Source: Nitrososphaerales archaeon (GTDB lineage: Archaea > Thermoproteota > Nitrososphaeria > Nitrososphaerales > UBA213). From it: DNA of 64,000 nucleotides. Position 1 is the stretch's first letter. Every line of letters begins with the position of its first letter. Where the stretch lies: the NCBI GenBank assembly GCA_965197925.1, contig CBDAOC010000013.1, forward strand, positions 1 to 64,000, given 5' to 3'. Both the position numbers and the translations under genes were made by a program. Shown here piece by piece: positions 41,279-53,442 of this stretch. The notes beneath the pieces are model-generated. The model worked only from the letters and a program-made list of their open reading frames with translations, had not been told where the DNA came from and searched no databases.

Positions 41279-42193
41279 ATGAGGTTTTTGGTGACTGGTG
41301 GTGCAGGTTTTATAGGTTCAGATATTACAGAAAGAGTATCAAAAGATCATGATGTTATTGTTCTTGATGATCCTCATCCTGGACATAAGAAAACATTGAT
41401 GATTATGATGTGAAAGTTGTCAAAGGTTCCGTAAGGGATGTACTGAGTATGAATAGATTATGCAAACAGTGTGATTATGTCTTTCATTATGCTGTGAAGA
41501 GCTTATCTCCAATGTTCAAGGAACAACCAAAACTGGGAATGGAAGTGAATCTGATTGGTTTCATGAATGTTATGAAATCCCCTTTTGATATGGTGTAAAG
41601 AAGGTCATTTACGCTTCACATTCTCAATGTATAATGATAACACTTTGCCATTCAGCGAAACTCAACCTATAACAGCCAAGACTCTCTACGAGGCGTCGTT
41701 TCGCAGCGAGGAGATAGATGCGCAAACGTACTATGAAAATGACTTTATTTCCATAGAGATTGAGATACTTTAGTGAGTATGGACTTAATGAACACCATAA
41801 GGGGCATTGCCAATAATATATCATAGTTCCTTTGGGATATGATGGAGAATAAATCACTGTTAATCTACGGTAATATCACCCAGAGAAGAGATTTTACATT
41901 AGTGCGAGATGTTGTTGATGCAAATATAATGACAATGACCCCCAACATAAATTTCGGTATTTTCAATGCCGGGACAGGTATAGGAACGACTTTCACCAAC
42001 TTTGTATCATTGATCAACAAATTTCTAGGTACGTCCATAAAACCTAGATTTATTGAAAATCCACTCGAAAATTATGTACATGATATAATAACAGATCTAG
42101 CTCAAATGTCAAGATCTCTAGGTTTTAGACCAAAATGGAACTCTTGAGAAGGAGATAAAATTCCTAATTGATTATTATAGAAATGCACAATAA
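41279..42193 (+). pseudogene. NAD-dependent epimerase/dehydratase, fragmented
   Basis: MRFLVTGGAGFIGS, DYVFHYA, YG..TQRRDFT.VRDVVDAN, FNAGTG, LGFRPKW in four frames. Confidence 0.88.
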
Positions 42194-42305
42194 TTATCCT
42201 GTAATATGGATGTAAATGGTATCTTGATATGATGATAATCCCCTCAACAACCATACAATTTATTTCCAAACCAAGTTTAAATCATCATACTTCACACTTA
42301 TAACG

Positions 42306-42605
42306 ATGCCAGACTCAGGTGCAATGAGGCTATTCTGGTATTTATTTGCGGGAACTAGGGGAGGCGGTACTAGAATTGAAATTATTATGCGCCTAAGGGA
42401 CAAACCATCTAACAGAAATCAACTTGCAGAGGAAATGAGACTGGATTACAAGTCAATTCAACATCATTTGGGTGTACTTGAAAAGAACAATTTGATTACG
42501 CGGCAAGGAGAGAAGTACGGTATTATGTTCTTCATCTCCTCATATTTGGAAGTTAATGCTGGAGCTTTTGATGAAATATGTAAAAAATTGGAAAAAAGTA
42601 AATAA
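42306..42605 (+). CDS. ArsR-like winged-helix regulator
   Basis: GTRGG.TR.EI..L..KP.N.NQLA..M.LDYKSIQHHL.VL. Confidence 0.88.
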   Translation: MPDSGAMRLFWYLFAGTRGGGTRIEIIMRLRDKPSNRNQLAEEMRLDYKSIQHHLGVLEKNNLITRQGEKYGIMFFISSYLEVNAGAFDEICKKLEKSK

Positions 42606-42629
42606 ACAAATTTGAATTATTAACCATGA

Positions 42630-42911
42630 ATGTCTATAGTAATGGATGCGAGTGCAGTAGTAAGTTTAGCCAATGTTGGGATATTGGTTGGCTTGATAAT
42701 TCTGTATGCAAAAACGTACAACAGTTCTAGAGCTCAATTTACTCTGGGATTGATCTTCTTCGCTTCACTTTTGCTCATACAGAACGCTATAGGTATATAC
42801 TCATATGTAACTATGGCTCCTTTCTTTTCAGAAGCTGTTCTTCCATACGTATTGGCCATTAACATTGCAGAATTAGGAGGGCTCTCTATCCTATTAAAAA
42901 TCACTTGGTAA
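42630..42911 (+). CDS. Small three-TM membrane protein
   Basis: Hydrophobic 93-aa ORF immediately after the wHTH gene. Confidence 0.75.
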   Translation: MSIVMDASAVVSLANVGILVGLIILYAKTYNSSRAQFTLGLIFFASLLLIQNAIGIYSYVTMAPFFSEAVLPYVLAINIAELGGLSILLKITW

Positions 42912-43070
42912 AATTGTTTAGGTGATTAAATAGTAAGAAAATACCTAATATTCTATAAATTTACGAACAATCCAGACATTGTGAGACGAACCTCTAATTT
43001 GGTCAAATGTATGAATATTGGCTTGTTTTTTTAGAATAAGATTTATTCAACTTCATGATTAGCAATATAC

Positions 43071-44165
43071 ATGCTCACGTCTGACGAAATAAAAACCGTT
43101 GATAAATCATCTATCTGTGATTCGTATGACAAATGGCCTGAATACTGCAAAATTTCATTTGGGAGAAGTACAAATATAGATGACAAGTTGTTTGATAATG
43201 TAAATTCAATTGTTTTTTCAGGTATGGGAGGTTCTGGCACAACAGGGGATATTCTTTCAGATTGGATGCAGCTAAAGTGTAATGTTCCCGTTGTCGTTAC
43301 AAAAGGTTACCATATACCTGCGTTTGTTAATCAAAACACATTATTCATCGCTATGAGTGTATCTGGAAATACTGAAGAGACATTATCAACGCTGATTGAA
43401 GCTGCATCTGTTAATGCCAAGGTTGTAGGCATCTCTCATGGAGGTAATATGGAAGCCATTTGTAAGAAGAAGATGTTACCATTTGTAAAGATTGAGCAAA
43501 GACTTTTGCCACGTATAACCCTGCCAGAAATTCTGTTTTCTGTGCTGAAGTTACTTACATACACGCCTTTCGTACACGATATACGGCTTCAGATAGATGA
43601 TTCCATTAAAACAATGATAGATGTGAGAAAGAAGATTTGTAGAGAATGCAGCTTTGAAGAAAACCCATCAAAGCAACTTGCTGAAAGGATGTTTAAAGGT
43701 TTACCAACAGTTTATTGTGCCCCCTTACAAAAGGGTGTTGGAATAAGGTTCAAAAATTCTGTGAATGAAAATGCTAAGATAAATGCAATAACGAGTGAAC
43801 TCTTGGATGCCTGTCACAACGAGCTGGTATCATGGGGTTACAAAAATACAAATCGAGAAAAGCCGATCTTTAAACCTATACTTGTAAGAAGTAAATTCGA
43901 TCCTGTGGAGATAAAAACTAGATTCGATATATTCAAGGAGATCCTGGAAGGAAATGGTCATGAAGTGAATGATATTCCCTTGTACGGCTCAACACCCCTT
44001 GCAAATATAATATCATCACTCTATCTTCTCGATTACTCAACTATATATCTTGGAATATTACAGAAAATTGATCCTACGCCCATCACTGCAATATTCCAAT
44101 TCAAGGAGGAGATGAAGAGACGTTTGGATTATTTTACAAGAACAATAAAACCAAAACTGACATAG
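43071..44165 (+). CDS. Bifunctional phosphoglucose/phosphomannose isomerase (SIS)
   Basis: GMGGSG, SVSGNTEET, PR, RFKNSVNENAK, HNEL, IDPTP. Confidence 0.92.
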   Translation: MLTSDEIKTVDKSSICDSYDKWPEYCKISFGRSTNIDDKLFDNVNSIVFSGMGGSGTTGDILSDWMQLKCNVPVVVTKGYHIPAFVNQNTLFIAMSVSGNTEETLSTLIEAASVNAKVVGISHGGNMEAICKKKMLPFVKIEQRLLPRITLPEILFSVLKLLTYTPFVHDIRLQIDDSIKTMIDVRKKICRECSFEENPSKQLAERMFKGLPTVYCAPLQKGVGIRFKNSVNENAKINAITSELLDACHNELVSWGYKNTNREKPIFKPILVRSKFDPVEIKTRFDIFKEILEGNGHEVNDIPLYGSTPLANIISSLYLLDYSTIYLGILQKIDPTPITAIFQFKEEMKRRLDYFTRTIKPKLT

Positions 44166-44595
44166 AACTATAGGAATTCATAAAACTCACCAAGGACATC
44201 AATAATCAAAAAGGAAATAATGATTCCAAGGTGTAAATTAAGGGATTAGATTTACTAAAATCTTATATGATGTACAAATCTCTCCATGAAAAATAGAGTA
44301 ACAGTTAGGGAAAAACAGTTATCTAATAATTGAACATCTTGAAGAACATTACAAGAAATATCCTTGGTTATACACATTGGATTAGGGGGGTGGATATTGA
44401 GATATTGGAACCTTTAAGGTTCTCTTAAAGCTATCGTATTATCGGGAAGCAATGAAAAACTTTTGAAATCCGAGATGAACTCAATGAGATATAAAAAAAA
44501 TATTCTGATCAAAATCATTTCAATGAATTATAGGGCCTTGCCTTTGGTTAATTCAGGAGCTGATGAAATGATTTTGATAACACTAAATGAAAGTA

Positions 44596-45373
44596 CTACA
44601 GAATTATCCTAGTTATTTGAGGCATGGGCATTATTCCTAATTTATCCCAAAAAAATCATGATTGATGTTAACCAACTTTCTGCTCTTCTTTCATAACTGA
44701 TTGCCATTCTATGGGAATCCAAACTTGAGCAAACGCAAAGAATCTCTGTAACGTGTCAATGGTTTGTTGTCTTGTTGTTCTTTGTCTTGAAATTTCTGTG
44801 TGAAATGGTCAATCTAGAATATTTCTGCTTTTCAAATCTGCTTTAGAATCAAAATAAACTGATGTAATTTGTTTTATTTCATCAATGAATTATAGGGCCA
44901 TTTGCCAATAATTATTGATACTGGCAGGGAATTACAATCAACTGCAACATGTATCTTTGTGCCTGTAATCCTCTTGAATCCATCATGTCCAAACATTGCC
45001 TCTTTTTTGGCAGGAACAGTTGAGGAATCAACTGATATCCTCTGAGTTGTAGATTGCCAGATTTGTATGCAGATTTTATTGCACCTGACAGAATCTTTTT
45101 CCATACTTTCCTTTGCTGCCAGTTCTGTGCATGATTTTGAAATACTTTTCTGGCATCTCACGCCACCTGCATCCAGTAACTAGAACAAACATGAATTTAT
45201 CGTGACACGGTCATTACTCCTTGGTCTGCCTGTTCTTGCAGGTTTTGGAATGTATTTTTGCATCATCCTCCATTGCTTGTCTGTTAATTCTTGAAATTGC
45301 ATGAGAGTTCAATGACTAATTGCAAATAGATCTACAGAATTATCCTAGTTATTTGAGGCATGGGCATTATTCC
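44596..45373. repeat. 42-bp direct repeat (44596..44637 and 45332..45373)
   Basis: CTACAGAATTATCCTAGTTATTTGAGGCATGGGCATTATTCC occurs twice. Confidence 0.92.
44638..45331 (-). mobile_element. Degenerate IS5-family copy (type of 5632/11780) lacking its left TIR
   Basis: MQFQELTDKQW, ISVDSSTVPAKK, GFKRITGTKIHVAV; TIR-like AATTTATCCCAAAA at 44639. Confidence 0.82.
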
Positions 45374-45957
45374 ATATAACAAAAATAACTTGATGCCTCT
45401 GATTGATTAACTTCCCAACATGTGCTTCAATGCCCTTAATGGTCTTCCTGTCAAGTAGTTGTAGTATACCATCAGCTGGTATAGCAATACAGAAATCAGA
45501 ACGATGCTCCTAGCTTTATCAAATCCTCTAACTGGCAATGGATCTATGGTAAATACATCCTTTATCTGCTCTATCAATGGTTCAACACTTATGCTTCTTT
45601 GTGAGTATAAATGCTGCCCATATTCAGAGTTATAGAACTGCAGCAATGCCAGTCTATTATTATCTGTAGTATGCCTATACCTTTCCAATGGGAATACTGG
45701 ATGCCCTCTATACCTGCTGAAATCACATAACTTGTGATCATCATATCCTTCATCTCCTACAACATACTTTACCATTCCTGTAGGCAATGAAGATGTTATG
45801 CTTTCATACATCTTGTTATCAGTAATGTTAGCTGTTGTGAAATCAGCTGATAATGGAACTATCAATGAACCTGTGCTACATGCTAGATGCAGTTTGTATC
45901 CGAATATCCATCCCTTGGTTCTGCTGTAGCCCCATCGAGCATCTGTATCTATACCGG
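45355..45957 (-). mobile_element. 3' half of the DDE_Tnp_1-type IS, truncated by the IS5 at 45958
   Basis: TIR GAGGCATGGGCATTATT; ORF 45407..45865; breaks at GIDTDARWG. Confidence 0.9.
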
Positions 45958-46831
45958 CAACTCATCTCAAAACTAACCATTTAGACAATTTTTAGCGACC
46001 ATTTAGATCCATGAATAGCGACATCTAAAATTATTTTATGAAATTCCAAGAATTATCAGACAAACAGTGGAGTATGATAGAATCACACATACCGCCACAT
46101 GCAAAAACTGGCAGGCCTAGGGATGATGATAGAAAAATCATTAACGGAATAATCCATGTTCTAACTACTGGATGCCGATGGGACGATATGCCAAAAAGAT
46201 ATGGTGATGATTCTACTGCAAACAGAAGGTTAAACAAATGGCAACAAAAAGGAATCTGGAAAAAGATTCTATCACGTACTATTCACTCAGCACATAAATC
46301 TGGCAAAATTAATCTACAAAAAATATCAGTTGACTCTTCATCCATTCCTGATAAAAAAGGGGCAATGTAACTGGATATAATGGATTCAAGAGAATAACAG
46401 GTACAAAAATACATGCCGCAGTAGAGAGTAACGGATTTCCAATATCCATACTGTTGAGTCCAGCAAATGAACATGACAGTACAAAATGCATGGATGTTAC
46501 AGGATCAATTTCAGACTATCTTGATGATGATTCAATACAACAGATAGAATCAGTTTATGCAGACAAAATGATGCAAAATACATCAGAATGTATTTGTGGG
46601 ATAGAAATATTGCATGTTGCATCCCATACAAAATAAATTCCAAGTTCATCTTGCAAAATAATGATTGCAAACATTACAACAAGACAAGATTTGTAGTTGA
46701 GAGATTCCTTGCATGGCTCAAGAATGGATTTCACAGAACAAGAATCAGGTATGAAAGAACGGCAGAAAACTATCTGGCATTTGTTAATCCTGCATCATTT
46801 TTGATGTATTGTAGGGTTTTGAGATGAGTTG
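45958..46831 (+). mobile_element. IS5-family element (variant of 11780..12653)
   Basis: Perfect 16-bp TIRs; orfA 46038..46370; at least 7 substitutions relative to the mirror copy. Confidence 0.93.
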
Positions 46832-47150
46832 AATGGGGTACTATATCTAGATGTAGAAAGATCCTCAGGTAGTATGCTTCATGCAGCCATTCCACAAACC
46901 TCCTGTAGCTCTTCCCTTCATACTGCCTTAATACCAGAAGGATTGTATGCTGCCATACAATGTAGATATGATTGCTCTTCTTGTGTATGTACAGGGGTAT
47001 CCTGGCCTTTATCAAAACATTGAGCATGGTTCTAGCAAGTTTGACATACCTTGACTCTTTCATGCATAGGCAGGAGTTATATGTGATACATTGATCTCAT
47101 GGTGCAATTCCGTGCACAACAGGCTAAAATCTATGGTTTCTACACAGCCG
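46832..47150 (-). mobile_element. 5' IS remnant (mirror of 11461..11779)
   Basis: Identical translation. Confidence 0.7.
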
Positions 47151-47212
47151 TTAAGGACATACTTTTGAATAATGAAGGAACTCATTTACGGTGGTCAAAG
47201 AAATAGATAAAG

Positions 47213-48976
47213 TCAGGAGCTCACTGCGAAGAAAGCCTCTGCTCTAGATTCTTCATCCTGAACAATTACTCGGTAAGTACCAGAATCTGCAGTTTTCTGG
47301 ATCAACCATAATGCACTATAAGTTCCATCCTCTTTAATATTAGCAGACATCGGAATGCGGTCTTCATTAGGAGTGAGGATAACTATCGATAATCTCTCAC
47401 CCGGCTTTCCTTTTCCACTGATCCTTACAAGCTCTCCATCCCTGTATTCACTCTTGTCTGTTTTCACGGTTAGAGCAACTGAGCCTCTTACGACTGAGAA
47501 TGTTAATGCTAGCTCCTCATCGCCTGCCTTGGCAGTTACAGAATATTTGCCTAACTGGGAGTTTAGAGGCACAAGCATTGTTGCATTGTATTGCCCATTG
47601 TTATCTGATATTACAACCGTTGTGAACATTTCATTATCATTGGGATCTATAACCGTAATACCAATGTCTTTATTTGACAATGTCTGCCCTGTTATTATCA
47701 CGCTCTCACCCTGTTTGTACTCGAACTTGTCGGTAACTATTGTCATCTCAAAGCCAGTTTCTGTCTTGACATTGAACTTTGTTGTAATTGTCATACCTTC
47801 CTGCAAGGCACTTACTAGATACTCACCTGTCATAGTTGTAGAGCCTAGTGGTATGAATGCTGTAAATTTGCCATCCTTATTAACTGGAACCGCTGAAAAG
47901 AATATGGAAACTCCAGAAGGATTTGCAGCTCTCAATGAAACAGCGGCTCCCCCTTTTCCAACACCAACTATCTTTACAAGATCACCTTGTTTGTATGTTT
48001 CTTGTTCGGTGGTTACCATAAAAGAAATTTCTTTTTCCTCAATTGTTACAGTAATGGGTAGATTTGCAGCCCTTCCACTACTATCTGAAACAGATAACTG
48101 ATGAGCACCATCAACTACATCCTGGGGAATTGTTATTCTATCCATAATTGTTCCGTCAGATGCTGTCTTCAGAGTCTCTATCAATTTTCCATCGAACAGA
48201 ATAGTCAGCCTCGAATCTGGCATGAAGCCTTCACCTAATATTCTCATGACAAGACCAGGTCTTGCTGTATCCGGTATCACCGCAAATGCAGGTTTCTTGT
48301 CGAGAATATCTGGAATCTCTTTAACGTTTGATCCATTAGTTGGAGTTGAATTATTTTTTTCTGCGTTGATATTGTCAGTGGTGGACTTCGCAGCTTCCAT
48401 TACAGCTTCCATTACAGCTTCCATTGCAGCTTCCATTGCAGCTTCCATTGCAGCTTCCATTGCAGCTTCCTCCGTTGCGGCCTCTTCCTCTATTGCTTTG
48501 ACTACGTCTAATAGGCCACTCCCAAGTTCGTCGCCCTCTTCGTCAATGACAATCCACTTGAAGATAGGGTTTGATTGATCTGACTTGATACCGAACCTTG
48601 TGGATTCTCCGGGTCTTATCGAGTTTGTCTCCGTACTAAACTGTATGGTATTCGGATTTGATGATGATTCTTCCGTACTCCATCCATCCACTGCTTTATA
48701 GGATTGAATGTTACCATTTTCCAGTGTTAGCCAAATAAGCTTGGCGTTGTAAATGTTATCTTCACTATTGTTAACCTTTAAAACTGTGATGGTCTTCCAG
48801 CTCTTGGCAGTAAGCTTTACTAGTGAGTAGTCAGTTAAATCCGACTGCGTATAGCCCACAGGCAAAATCATTGTAAATAATAATAGTATTATTACTATAG
48901 CAGGATATTTTAAATTAAACAAATACATCTTCCTACAATAGGGATGATTATCCTTTTTATTTCTTGTTGTAAACAA
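47213..48976 (-). CDS. Secreted Ig-like repeat protein (copy 2)
   Basis: Identical protein to 9635..11398, including the EAAM repeat at 48390..48470. Confidence 0.8.
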   Translation of the reverse strand: MFTTRNKKDNHPYCRKMYLFNLKYPAIVIILLLFTMILPVGYTQSDLTDYSLVKLTAKSWKTITVLKVNNSEDNIYNAKLIWLTLENGNIQSYKAVDGWSTEESSSNPNTIQFSTETNSIRPGESTRFGIKSDQSNPIFKWIVIDEEGDELGSGLLDVVKAIEEEAATEEAAMEAAMEAAMEAAMEAVMEAVMEAAKSTTDNINAEKNNSTPTNGSNVKEIPDILDKKPAFAVIPDTARPGLVMRILGEGFMPDSRLTILFDGKLIETLKTASDGTIMDRITIPQDVVDGAHQLSVSDSSGRAANLPITVTIEEKEISFMVTTEQETYKQGDLVKIVGVGKGGAAVSLRAANPSGVSIFFSAVPVNKDGKFTAFIPLGSTTMTGEYLVSALQEGMTITTKFNVKTETGFEMTIVTDKFEYKQGESVIITGQTLSNKDIGITVIDPNDNEMFTTVVISDNNGQYNATMLVPLNSQLGKYSVTAKAGDEELALTFSVVRGSVALTVKTDKSEYRDGELVRISGKGKPGERLSIVILTPNEDRIPMSANIKEDGTYSALWLIQKTADSGTYRVIVQDEESRAEAFFAVSS

Positions 48977-49482
48977 TAGACTTCCTATAAGGATTATATA
49001 GATAATTTCTAGTTTATAATGGTAAATATCAATGATTTGAGATAGTTTATCAAATAAAATATACCTATATAAATGCCCAAAATTGTAGTTACATTATTCT
49101 TTATCTCTAAAAAAATTGAAAACTTTCGCTTTTGCCAAATGGATCATTAAAGTGGAAGAAATAATATAATTCTTTTATCTGTACATATTGTACCAATAAA
49201 AAAGTTGCAAAATTTCTATGTACTTATACTACCCTTGAATGTTATTACTCTTTATATTACTAAGAACAGTATTTTTAGGTAATTATCTTCACTTGTAATA
49301 ACTAAATTGTAAGAGCTTGCTCGTAAATCGCTGATAATATAAAATTAGTCTGAATATTCATCTCTTTAATTAATTTGAGGTCCTTTAGACCACTAGGTTG
49401 GGCTAAAGCTACCAACAAATAGAACAGGTAAACAATTATTTACTGGTACATTGTATTACAAACTGCGGAGTTATGTTTCCTT

Positions 49483-49902
49483 TTGAGTGAAGATGATTAT
49501 ATTGAGGACTTGACAACAAAGGTGTTCCGAATGGTTGCGGAGAATGGGAAGGCTGGCATCCATCAAAGTGAATTATGGAAGAAACTTAATCTGACAAGCA
49601 GGGATGGTTCTCGGATGTCTATAAGGCTGGAAAGAAGGTCACTGATAAGGCGTGAAAAGGTTCTAGAAAATGGAAGATGGACTTACAAACTAATAGCAAT
49701 AAAACTCCCTGTTGATACTAATTGCATAGAACAAGCTCCTTGCTTGACGTGCCCGGTTGAACATATGTGTTCGATCGACGGTACTGTAAGCCCCAACACA
49801 TGTTTGCTTATTGAAAATTGGATATTAAATGAAAACAGTAGGTCAGAACAATTAATTAATGTAAGTGTAGACGGTAAGAAACATGCGTCTGCAAGAGGCT
49901 AA
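49483..49902 (+). CDS. TFE-beta/RPC34-like wHTH Fe-S protein (copy 2)
   Basis: Identical to 8709..9128. Confidence 0.75.
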   Translation: MSEDDYIEDLTTKVFRMVAENGKAGIHQSELWKKLNLTSRDGSRMSIRLERRSLIRREKVLENGRWTYKLIAIKLPVDTNCIEQAPCLTCPVEHMCSIDGTVSPNTCLLIENWILNENSRSEQLINVSVDGKKHASARG

Positions 49903-50488
49903 ACACGACCTATACAGACGGTTAGCTAAAGATCATGGGTATAGAAGCAGAGCGGCATTTAAATTAATGGAAATTAATAATTCATTTCATATAATAAATA
50001 GAGGAATGCTCGTTGTGGATCTTGGCTGTGCACCCGGTGGATGGTTACAAGTTGCAAGAAGGTTTGTAGGTGGACAAGGAATGGTCCTTGGTGTTGATAA
50101 ACGTATTGTTATGCCAATGCCTAATGTAGAGGTTATCGAGGGAAGCGTTGATGATAATTCATTGGCTCAAAAAATCCTGTCAACAATGGGAGCGAAAGTA
50201 AATCTGGTATTATCAGACCTAGCGCCAAATATTACTGGAATCTGGCAGCTGGATCATACTAGGCAAATAGCATTAACAGAAAATGCAATCTCCGTAATGG
50301 ACACAATTCTTGCAAAAAATGGTAATGCTGTATTCAAGGTGTTTGAAGGCGCCATGTTAAATGAAGTGAGAGATTTTCTCAAGGTAAAGTTCAACAAGGT
50401 GCGTCTTTATAAACCGAAAGCGAGTAAGAAGGCTAGTAGTGAGATTTATCTCGTTTGTCTAGGTTACAATTTGTCTGAACAAATCTAG
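49883..50488 (+). CDS. rlmE: RlmE/FtsJ methyltransferase (copy 2)
   Basis: Identical to 8123..8728. Confidence 0.95.
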   Translation: MRLQEAKHDLYRRLAKDHGYRSRAAFKLMEINNSFHIINRGMLVVDLGCAPGGWLQVARRFVGGQGMVLGVDKRIVMPMPNVEVIEGSVDDNSLAQKILSTMGAKVNLVLSDLAPNITGIWQLDHTRQIALTENAISVMDTILAKNGNAVFKVFEGAMLNEVRDFLKVKFNKVRLYKPKASKKASSEIYLVCLGYNLSEQI

Positions 50489-51628
50489 AATTTCATTATG
50501 TTTTGCATCTGTCCTGAAGCCTGTATAGCATAGACTTGTTCGCGCGGCTGAAAAACCTGAAGTTTTTAGTCTGTCTATGATTTCAGATATAGAAGGAGGA
50601 GTTAACCTTGCCCTTTCTGAAACTTTGTCTACAGAAAAGTAAGCGGGAGGCATACTTATCTCTTCCTTAGCCACTGAAAGCAATTTTCTGCACTTTTTAT
50701 CAATATTACAACTATCAACATATTGTAACATTTGTTCAATAAAATCTTTATCAAACATATCCTCAATCCATAATTGGCCAGCATGCCTCATTTCTTTTTC
50801 ACACGATTCACAAATTTTACTATTATCGGTATTGTACGAATAAGCTCTATGGCTGCAGGAAAAGCAGTGATAGATGTATCCTAGCTTGCTTGGCATTGCT
50901 TCAGCATACCTACTGCCAATATTTACTCTTGCATAAACACGTAAGTAATTTCTGTTGCTGTGAACGAATAAAGGCTTGATTCCAAGTTCAAGTCTGGAGG
51001 CAATCATTGATATTAGACCCACTATTAATCGCAAACTAATTTCATTTCCATATTCAACATTCAATGATCGACCATAATACCTTCTTTTGCATACATTTGG
51101 GTATATGCCGCAAAGAACAGCAGTATCTGTAGCTGTGACGCTTAAAAGTCCTTCATTGTCCAGAGCTCTGAGTGCACAGTCAATGTATGGTGCTGGTGTC
51201 CCAAAGGGATCTAGATCAATTATTCCAAATCTGGACCCTTTGGAAGAATGCCTGATGAGGAACCTACACGCTTCATTCATACTAAACTTGCACTGTTTCT
51301 CAACGTTATTGAGCCTGCATGATTCCCTCCCCATCCCAAGGGCAATCGGGTTTGCGTCATTGACGTATATCTCATCAAGCTCCCTGACCTCAACAGCAGT
51401 TCTAACCCCTCTTGCACAAACTCCCGCAAGTGCATCAGCCATGCTTTTTTCATTCAACTTTTTGACATAGGATTTGTATGCAATGATTGAAAAATCCCTG
51501 CTTAATCTTGCATTTGGATTGAAAAATGCTGGATTTCTAGGAGGAACTTTACTGGTAAGAGAATCTGCAGGTACAACCAGTTTAGTGTTACCTTCCACTA
51601 TAGTTTGAAGACTTCTCATAACATGCAC
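50459..51628 (-). CDS. trm1: tRNA G26 dimethyltransferase (copy 2)
   Basis: Identical to 6983..8152. Confidence 0.95.
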   Translation of the reverse strand: MHVMRSLQTIVEGNTKLVVPADSLTSKVPPRNPAFFNPNARLSRDFSIIAYKSYVKKLNEKSMADALAGVCARGVRTAVEVRELDEIYVNDANPIALGMGRESCRLNNVEKQCKFSMNEACRFLIRHSSKGSRFGIIDLDPFGTPAPYIDCALRALDNEGLLSVTATDTAVLCGIYPNVCKRRYYGRSLNVEYGNEISLRLIVGLISMIASRLELGIKPLFVHSNRNYLRVYARVNIGSRYAEAMPSKLGYIYHCFSCSHRAYSYNTDNSKICESCEKEMRHAGQLWIEDMFDKDFIEQMLQYVDSCNIDKKCRKLLSVAKEEISMPPAYFSVDKVSERARLTPPSISEIIDRLKTSGFSAARTSLCYTGFRTDAKHNEILDLFRQIVT

Positions 51629-51860
51629 GAGCCGCGCATAAGATAAGAACGTTTAAGATCATATTTCAGGCATCAAAGCAAATAGGACATTTCGCAATCC
51701 CAAATATGATTGATGTATAATAATTGGATCAGGGTCTATATTGACGAGTTCCCTCTTGTAATTTCTGATTTTTATCAAACCATCGTTAGTAATAATTTCT
51801 TTTCCGTATCTCTTGCCAAGTTCGATGATTATCCTGTCAAAGTAATCAAGATGTCTTCAA

Positions 51861-52101
51861 TTAACATGTTACCTGCTCTCTCACTTCAGTACCTATCGAT
51901 AGCTTGATGTACTTTTTCCTTATTCTTGTTCTATCCGTATAGTATGACGATGCATTGCTCGACCTGAATCCAAAAGCATCTATTGCTACGAACAATTTCC
52001 TAATCTTGGTTAGTATGAAAGAAGAAATTATTCTGTAAAGTATGTTGCCATCTATCCTAGCAGCAAACTTCTGAAGAGTTGTATAATGTGGGACTAACTG
52101 T
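51861..52101 (-). pseudogene. Transposase fragment (mirror of 6510..6750)
   Basis: Identical translation. Confidence 0.75.
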
Positions 52102-52979
52102 GAAGTCATCCCAATACTCTCCAATACATCATAATCGACGAAATGATAACAAATGCCAGATAGTTTTGTGCATTCTTCTCATATCTGATCCTGGTTCTGT
52201 GGAACCCATTCTTCAACCAGGCAAAGAATCTCTCCACAACATAGCGCGTCTTGCCGTATAGGTATTGTTCTGTATTATCATTTTGTTGTTGTGTCTTACT
52301 GTTTTTTCTGTAAGGTATGCAGTCAGAGATTTTTCTTTTGGTGAGGTATTTCCTGATGAATTCTGCATCATAGCCCTTGTCTGCTTGGCACCGCGCAATT
52401 TTTCTGATAGATCTCTCATCCAGATATTGTGAGATGCCATCCATCACGTCTACAAATCTTGCAGAGTCATGCTGATTTGCAGGACATTACTACTGAGACT
52501 GGCAGTCCGTTTTGTTCCACCGCAACGTGTATTTTTGTGCCTGAAATCCTGTTGAATCCGTTGTATCCTATGACGCTTCCCCTTTTTTGGCCGGAACTGA
52601 TGACGAATCGACCGTTTTTTGCAGCTGCATCTTGCCTGATCTGTGGGCTGATTTGACTGCAGCGGAGAGGATATTCTTCCATATTCCACGTCGCTGCCAG
52701 TTCTGCAGTCTGCGGTGCGCAGTTGATTTGGAGCCGTACCTTTGTGACATCCCAGTCCACCTGCATCCTGTTATCCCGACAAACAGGATTCCGTTGACTG
52801 TCTTTCTGTCGTCTGCCCTTGGCCTTCCGGTTCTGGCTGGCTTGGGGAGATGCGGTGATATCATCTTCCATTGTTCACCTGTTATCTCCTGAAATTTCAT
52901 GATCTGCTACGGGCAGCATTGCAAATAGATCCAAATGATCGTCAATTATTCACTAAATGATCAGTTTTGGGATCAGTTG
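52102..52979 (-). mobile_element. IS5-family element (mirror of 5632..6509)
   Basis: Same ORFs; one substitution seen (6295/52316, CMPY vs CIPY). Confidence 0.9.
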
Positions 52980-53001
52980 AGTATCAAGCGGCAACTAAAC
53001 T

Positions 53002-53442
53002 TCACCCTACCACCATCACAGAGCAAGGAGCATAGCTTGCTATCCCGCTTGCAACACTACCCAATAGAGTCTTTCTATATTGTGTCCTCCCACTGGTACC
53101 TAGAATTATAAGATCGATATCATTCTTCGCTGCAAACTCGGCTATTGGGAAGATAATAGAATCTTTTGATTTCAATGCCACTGCTCTAAATTTCACGTCT
53201 TCAGCCTCAGCCTTTCTCTGCAAACTGTTTAGCCACTTGCAAGCTTCTTTCTCAGCATGCCTGTAAATTTTCTTGGTTGAACTTGATAAACCGGGAGATG
53301 AGGGGATGAATATGATATACAAAGCTATTATTTCAGAATGCTTCTTTGTAAGTTCAAATGCCCGATATGCAGCTTCCAAAGAGCATTTTGATCCATCTTT
53401 AGGAACGAGTATTCTTGTAAGAAACGTACTTTCCTTTTTCAA
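53002..53442 (-). CDS. Universal stress protein (copy 2)
   Basis: Identical to 5169..5609. Confidence 0.9.
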   Translation of the reverse strand: MKKESTFLTRILVPKDGSKCSLEAAYRAFELTKKHSEIIALYIIFIPSSPGLSSSTKKIYRHAEKEACKWLNSLQRKAEAEDVKFRAVALKSKDSIIFPIAEFAAKNDIDLIILGTSGRTQYRKTLLGSVASGIASYAPCSVMVVG

